Part shown: one piece after another, positions 61,471 to 64,000 of the stretch | Numbering within the stretch: the first letter of the stretch is position 1 | Layout: each line of letters begins with the position of its first letter | Assembly: GCA_963703315.1 (NCBI GenBank) | Contig: OY969811.1 | Location: 3,744,001 to 3,808,000 of the forward strand | Length of the DNA: 64,000 nt | Direction of reading: 5' to 3' | Origin: an uncultured cyanobacterium | GTDB lineage: Bacteria > Cyanobacteriota > Cyanobacteriia > Pseudanabaenales > Pseudanabaenaceae | Position numbers and translations under genes: made by a program | Notes under the pieces: generated by a model | What the model saw: only the letters and a program-made list of their open reading frames with translations | Databases searched by the model: none | What the model was told of the DNA's origin: nothing

Positions 61471-63998
61471 GGGGCGCGATCGCCTTCATCTACCCACTGC
61501 ACTCTAGGCGGCTCTTTGAGTGGCTGTGTTGCTAAGAAAATCGTGAAATTTGGGGCGGTGATAATCTGGATATTACCCTGTGTATAGGGACCTGGAAACG
61601 ATCGCGCTGTAAAGATGGTGTTTCCTGCGCCAGTAGTCAGAACTCCATCAGTTCCATTAATCAAGGAGCTAAAGACATTAAAAGGCTCAAACCTTGTGCC
61701 GCCGTCATGACGAATGATAATCACCCCGTCTCCTGCTGTCCCTGCGGTACTGATACTGGCTACCAATCCATTTTGGTCAATGAAAGTACCACTAATCCTA
61801 ACAAACCGATTCGATGTCAGATCGACAGTCCCGCCAACACCTCCAAACCCTTGAGCATTGATCGCCCCAGTGAATATATCTAAGAGAGGATCGAGGAAGA
61901 TATTACCGCCACTGCCTGATAATCCCACAGCACTGAGAGTTCCAGTTGTGATGGAGGTGAGTGCTTGGATGTTGATGTTACCGCCCGATGTGCCATTGAC
62001 ATTGAGATTGCCTGTATTGACGATGCCCTGTGGTGCTAATAGGGTCAGGCTATTCCCAGCCCCCACCGCAGAGGCGAGGTTGATATCTTGAGTGGTGACG
62101 TTGCCTGTGGCTGCGTTGATGGTGAGATTGGCGGCGGTTCCTGCTTGAATGTTGATGGGCGCAACAATATTAATATCGCCATTGAGGGTGCTGAGGGTGG
62201 AAGTACCTGTAATTGTAGTGGGATTGGAGATCTGCAAGCCATTAGTTGTGTTAATGCCGCCTGACATAGAGATATTGCTGGCATTGAGGCTGATGGTAAT
62301 TAGGCGATCGCTTGCTCCAAGTGCGCCATTGAGATTAATGTTGCCAGTACCAGCATCGAGTGTTAATCCAAAGTTATTTCCAGTCAGACTATTAACAGTT
62401 CCATTGGTGCTAATGTCGCCGTTATTGCTATTGATTGCGATGTTTGTGCCAAGTCTTGTATTGCCCGTGAGTGTTAGTGCTTGACCAGTAGTTGTGATAT
62501 CAGCATTGAGATTAATCCCTACTGGAGATATTAAAGTGGCTGAAGTGTTGAATGTGATCGGAGCAGTAACTGAGATACTGCCAACACTAGCATCACCAAT
62601 GGAAAGCATTACACCAGTAATCGAGGCGATCGCAGTTGATGTCAGGTTAAATGAGTTGGAATCTGTACCACCTAAAACGATATTTCGATTTGCTGAACTA
62701 GGTTTTAAGATGAGAGTATTCGTTCCAGTAATCGGTGCGGTTAAATTGATCTGATCAGCAATCGCTGATACAGCATTACCTCCTGCGGCAAGTCCTCCAT
62801 TGAGTGAGATAGTTCCAGTTCCTGCATTGAGGGTTGATGCTGCTGTAGTAGTTAGCAATGAGTTAAGAGTAATATCGCTATTAGCTGTAGTGATATTGCC
62901 TTTCAGGTTTGTGGTTTGGGCGGCTATCGTCACTCCTGTGAGGGGAGTTGTACTTCCAATTGCTCCTTGTAAGTCAACAGTTCCTGTATTGGCGATTATA
63001 TTGAGAATTTTTGCGCCATCAATGGTACTAGTAAAGGTGATATTTCCGCTATTTATCGCACTAGTATTTAGGGTGACTTGAGGTTGGATTTTAGAAGCCA
63101 AAGATGTATCTAAGTTTGGATTTAGCAATGGATCTAGAATAAATTTGCCATCAAAAGTAATATTTCCTCCTGCTATGCCTAAACTAGAACCTGTGACTAT
63201 GGATTGTACAAAAGTAGGATTACTGGAATCTTGAACAAAATAAGCACCGATAGTTCCATTTCTTGCACTTAGAGAAACATCTCCACCTCTACCAGAATAT
63301 GAGCTAGAGTTTAAGTTAAATACGGTGATATTGCCTTCAGAACTAGTGATATTTATATTACTTGCGGTCTGATTGTTGTTATAACTTACATCTGTGGCGA
63401 TGCCTCCTAGTCCAGTAACGATATCTCCTTTTGCTTCTATTCTCACCGTTCCAGAATTACGGATTGCAGTACTTGCTGCTGCTACGCTTTGACTATCAGC
63501 ACCAGCATCTAAGATAGAGTTACCGTTCATCGTGATAGAGCCATTGGGACTCAATAACTCTATATTGCCTGCCCGAAGACTAACGGCTATATCTGTACTT
63601 TGGGGAAAGGTCTCAACCCCACATTTACCTGCTAATGTAGTTGCACAACTAAACAAGATATTTCCATTATTTGCTTTGACAGATACATCTGCTCCATTAC
63701 CAGATTGAGAAAATGCTCTTAATAGACCCTCAACAGTTACACTTCCTGCGGATTCAATGCTAATTTTCCCAGCATTGCCACCCAATACAGAGGCAGGTGT
63801 AGATATAGAGGAGGCGGTTGTATCAATGGATGTTACCGTAATATTTCCTGTTGTAGTCTTGAGACTAAATGCTCCTGAATCTCTGCCTCCAGAAGTCTGT
63901 AAGCCCCCAGAAGTTGCTGAAGCATTGTTTACATTAAGATTGATATTGTCAAAAGCATTAATAGATACTGCTCCCCCCTGACCACTGGCGGATCTGGT
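61389..63998 (-). CDS. Filamentous-haemagglutinin-like beta-helix exoprotein (partial; starts beyond the window)
   Basis: Gly/Asn/Thr/Ile-rich GGNI.L repeats; frame open to the window end. Confidence 0.85.
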   Translation of the reverse strand, partial: TRSASGQGGAVSINAFDNINLNVNNASATSGGLQTSGGRDSGAFSLKTTTGNITVTSIDTTASSISTPASVLGGNAGKISIESAGSVTVEGLLRAFSQSGNGADVSVKANNGNILFSCATTLAGKCGVETFPQSTDIAVSLRAGNIELLSPNGSITMNGNSILDAGADSQSVAAASTAIRNSGTVRIEAKGDIVTGLGGIATDVSYNNNQTASNINITSSEGNITVFNLNSSSYSGRGGDVSLSARNGTIGAYFVQDSSNPTFVQSIVTGSSLGIAGGNITFDGKFILDPLLNPNLDTSLASKIQPQVTLNTSAINSGNITFTSTIDGAKILNIIANTGTVDLQGAIGSTTPLTGVTIAAQTTNLKGNITTANSDITLNSLLTTTAASTLNAGTGTISLNGGLAAGGNAVSAIADQINLTAPITGTNTLILKPSSANRNIVLGGTDSNSFNLTSTAIASITGVMLSIGDASVGSISVTAPITFNTSATLISPVGINLNADITTTGQALTLTGNTRLGTNIAINSNNGDISTNGTVNSLTGNNFGLTLDAGTGNINLNGALGASDRLITISLNASNISMSGGINTTNGLQISNPTTITGTSTLSTLNGDINIVAPINIQAGTAANLTINAATGNVTTQDINLASAVGAGNSLTLLAPQGIVNTGNLNVNGTSGGNINIQALTSITTGTLSAVGLSGSGGNIFLDPLLDIFTGAINAQGFGGVGGTVDLTSNRFVRISGTFIDQNGLVASISTAGTAGDGVIIIRHDGGTRFEPFNVFSSLINGTDGVLTTGAGNTIFTARSFPGPYTQGNIQIITAPNFTIFLATQPLKEPPRVQWVDEGDRAPFPPKSFTPESLKSFSATLFPISNQLR

Positions 63999-64000
63999 AA

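Noticed and set aside
1..64000. GCGATCGC as a novel repeat; tRNA or rRNA genes
   Set aside because: This is the well-known cyanobacterial HIP1; no tRNA or rRNA was recognisable by eye

Overview
Cyanobacterial chromosomal segment. The HIP1 octamer GCGATCGC is very frequent, and the gene content and intergenic palindromes suggest a Pseudanabaena-like filamentous strain (inference). Most of the window is housekeeping and signalling genes: ppc (3' end), pgsA, frmA, rpsD, aspA, glmU, hslO, mtnP, hemE, cytM, rph, an ABC transporter, a hybrid histidine kinase and a GGDEF protein. It also holds a 2839-aa secreted nuclease/nucleotidase/phosphatase with a candidate Pho box, two TA modules, an OLD-like ATPase-TOPRIM gene and many intergenic palindromes. 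The standout is a locus at ~49.7-64 kb: an atypical sigma-70-like gene, DUF1822, a membrane CHAT(caspase-like)-CHASE2 protein and DUF928, converging on a frameshifted haemagglutinin-CHAT gene. A bipartite motif TG(C/T)A(T/A)(A/T)(A/G)-N14/15-CAGAA occurs five times, correctly oriented upstream of the sigma-like gene and of three divergently transcribed units: a small membrane protein, a small secreted protein plus ricin-M23 peptidase, and a PilB/GspE ATPase. This suggests a self-contained protease-controlled alternative-sigma regulon. A second CHAT system at 1.9-4.2 kb shares a homologous helical adaptor between the CHAT protein's C-terminus and the N-terminus of the neighbouring membrane TPR protein. 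All family assignments come from motif recognition by eye; no searches were run.
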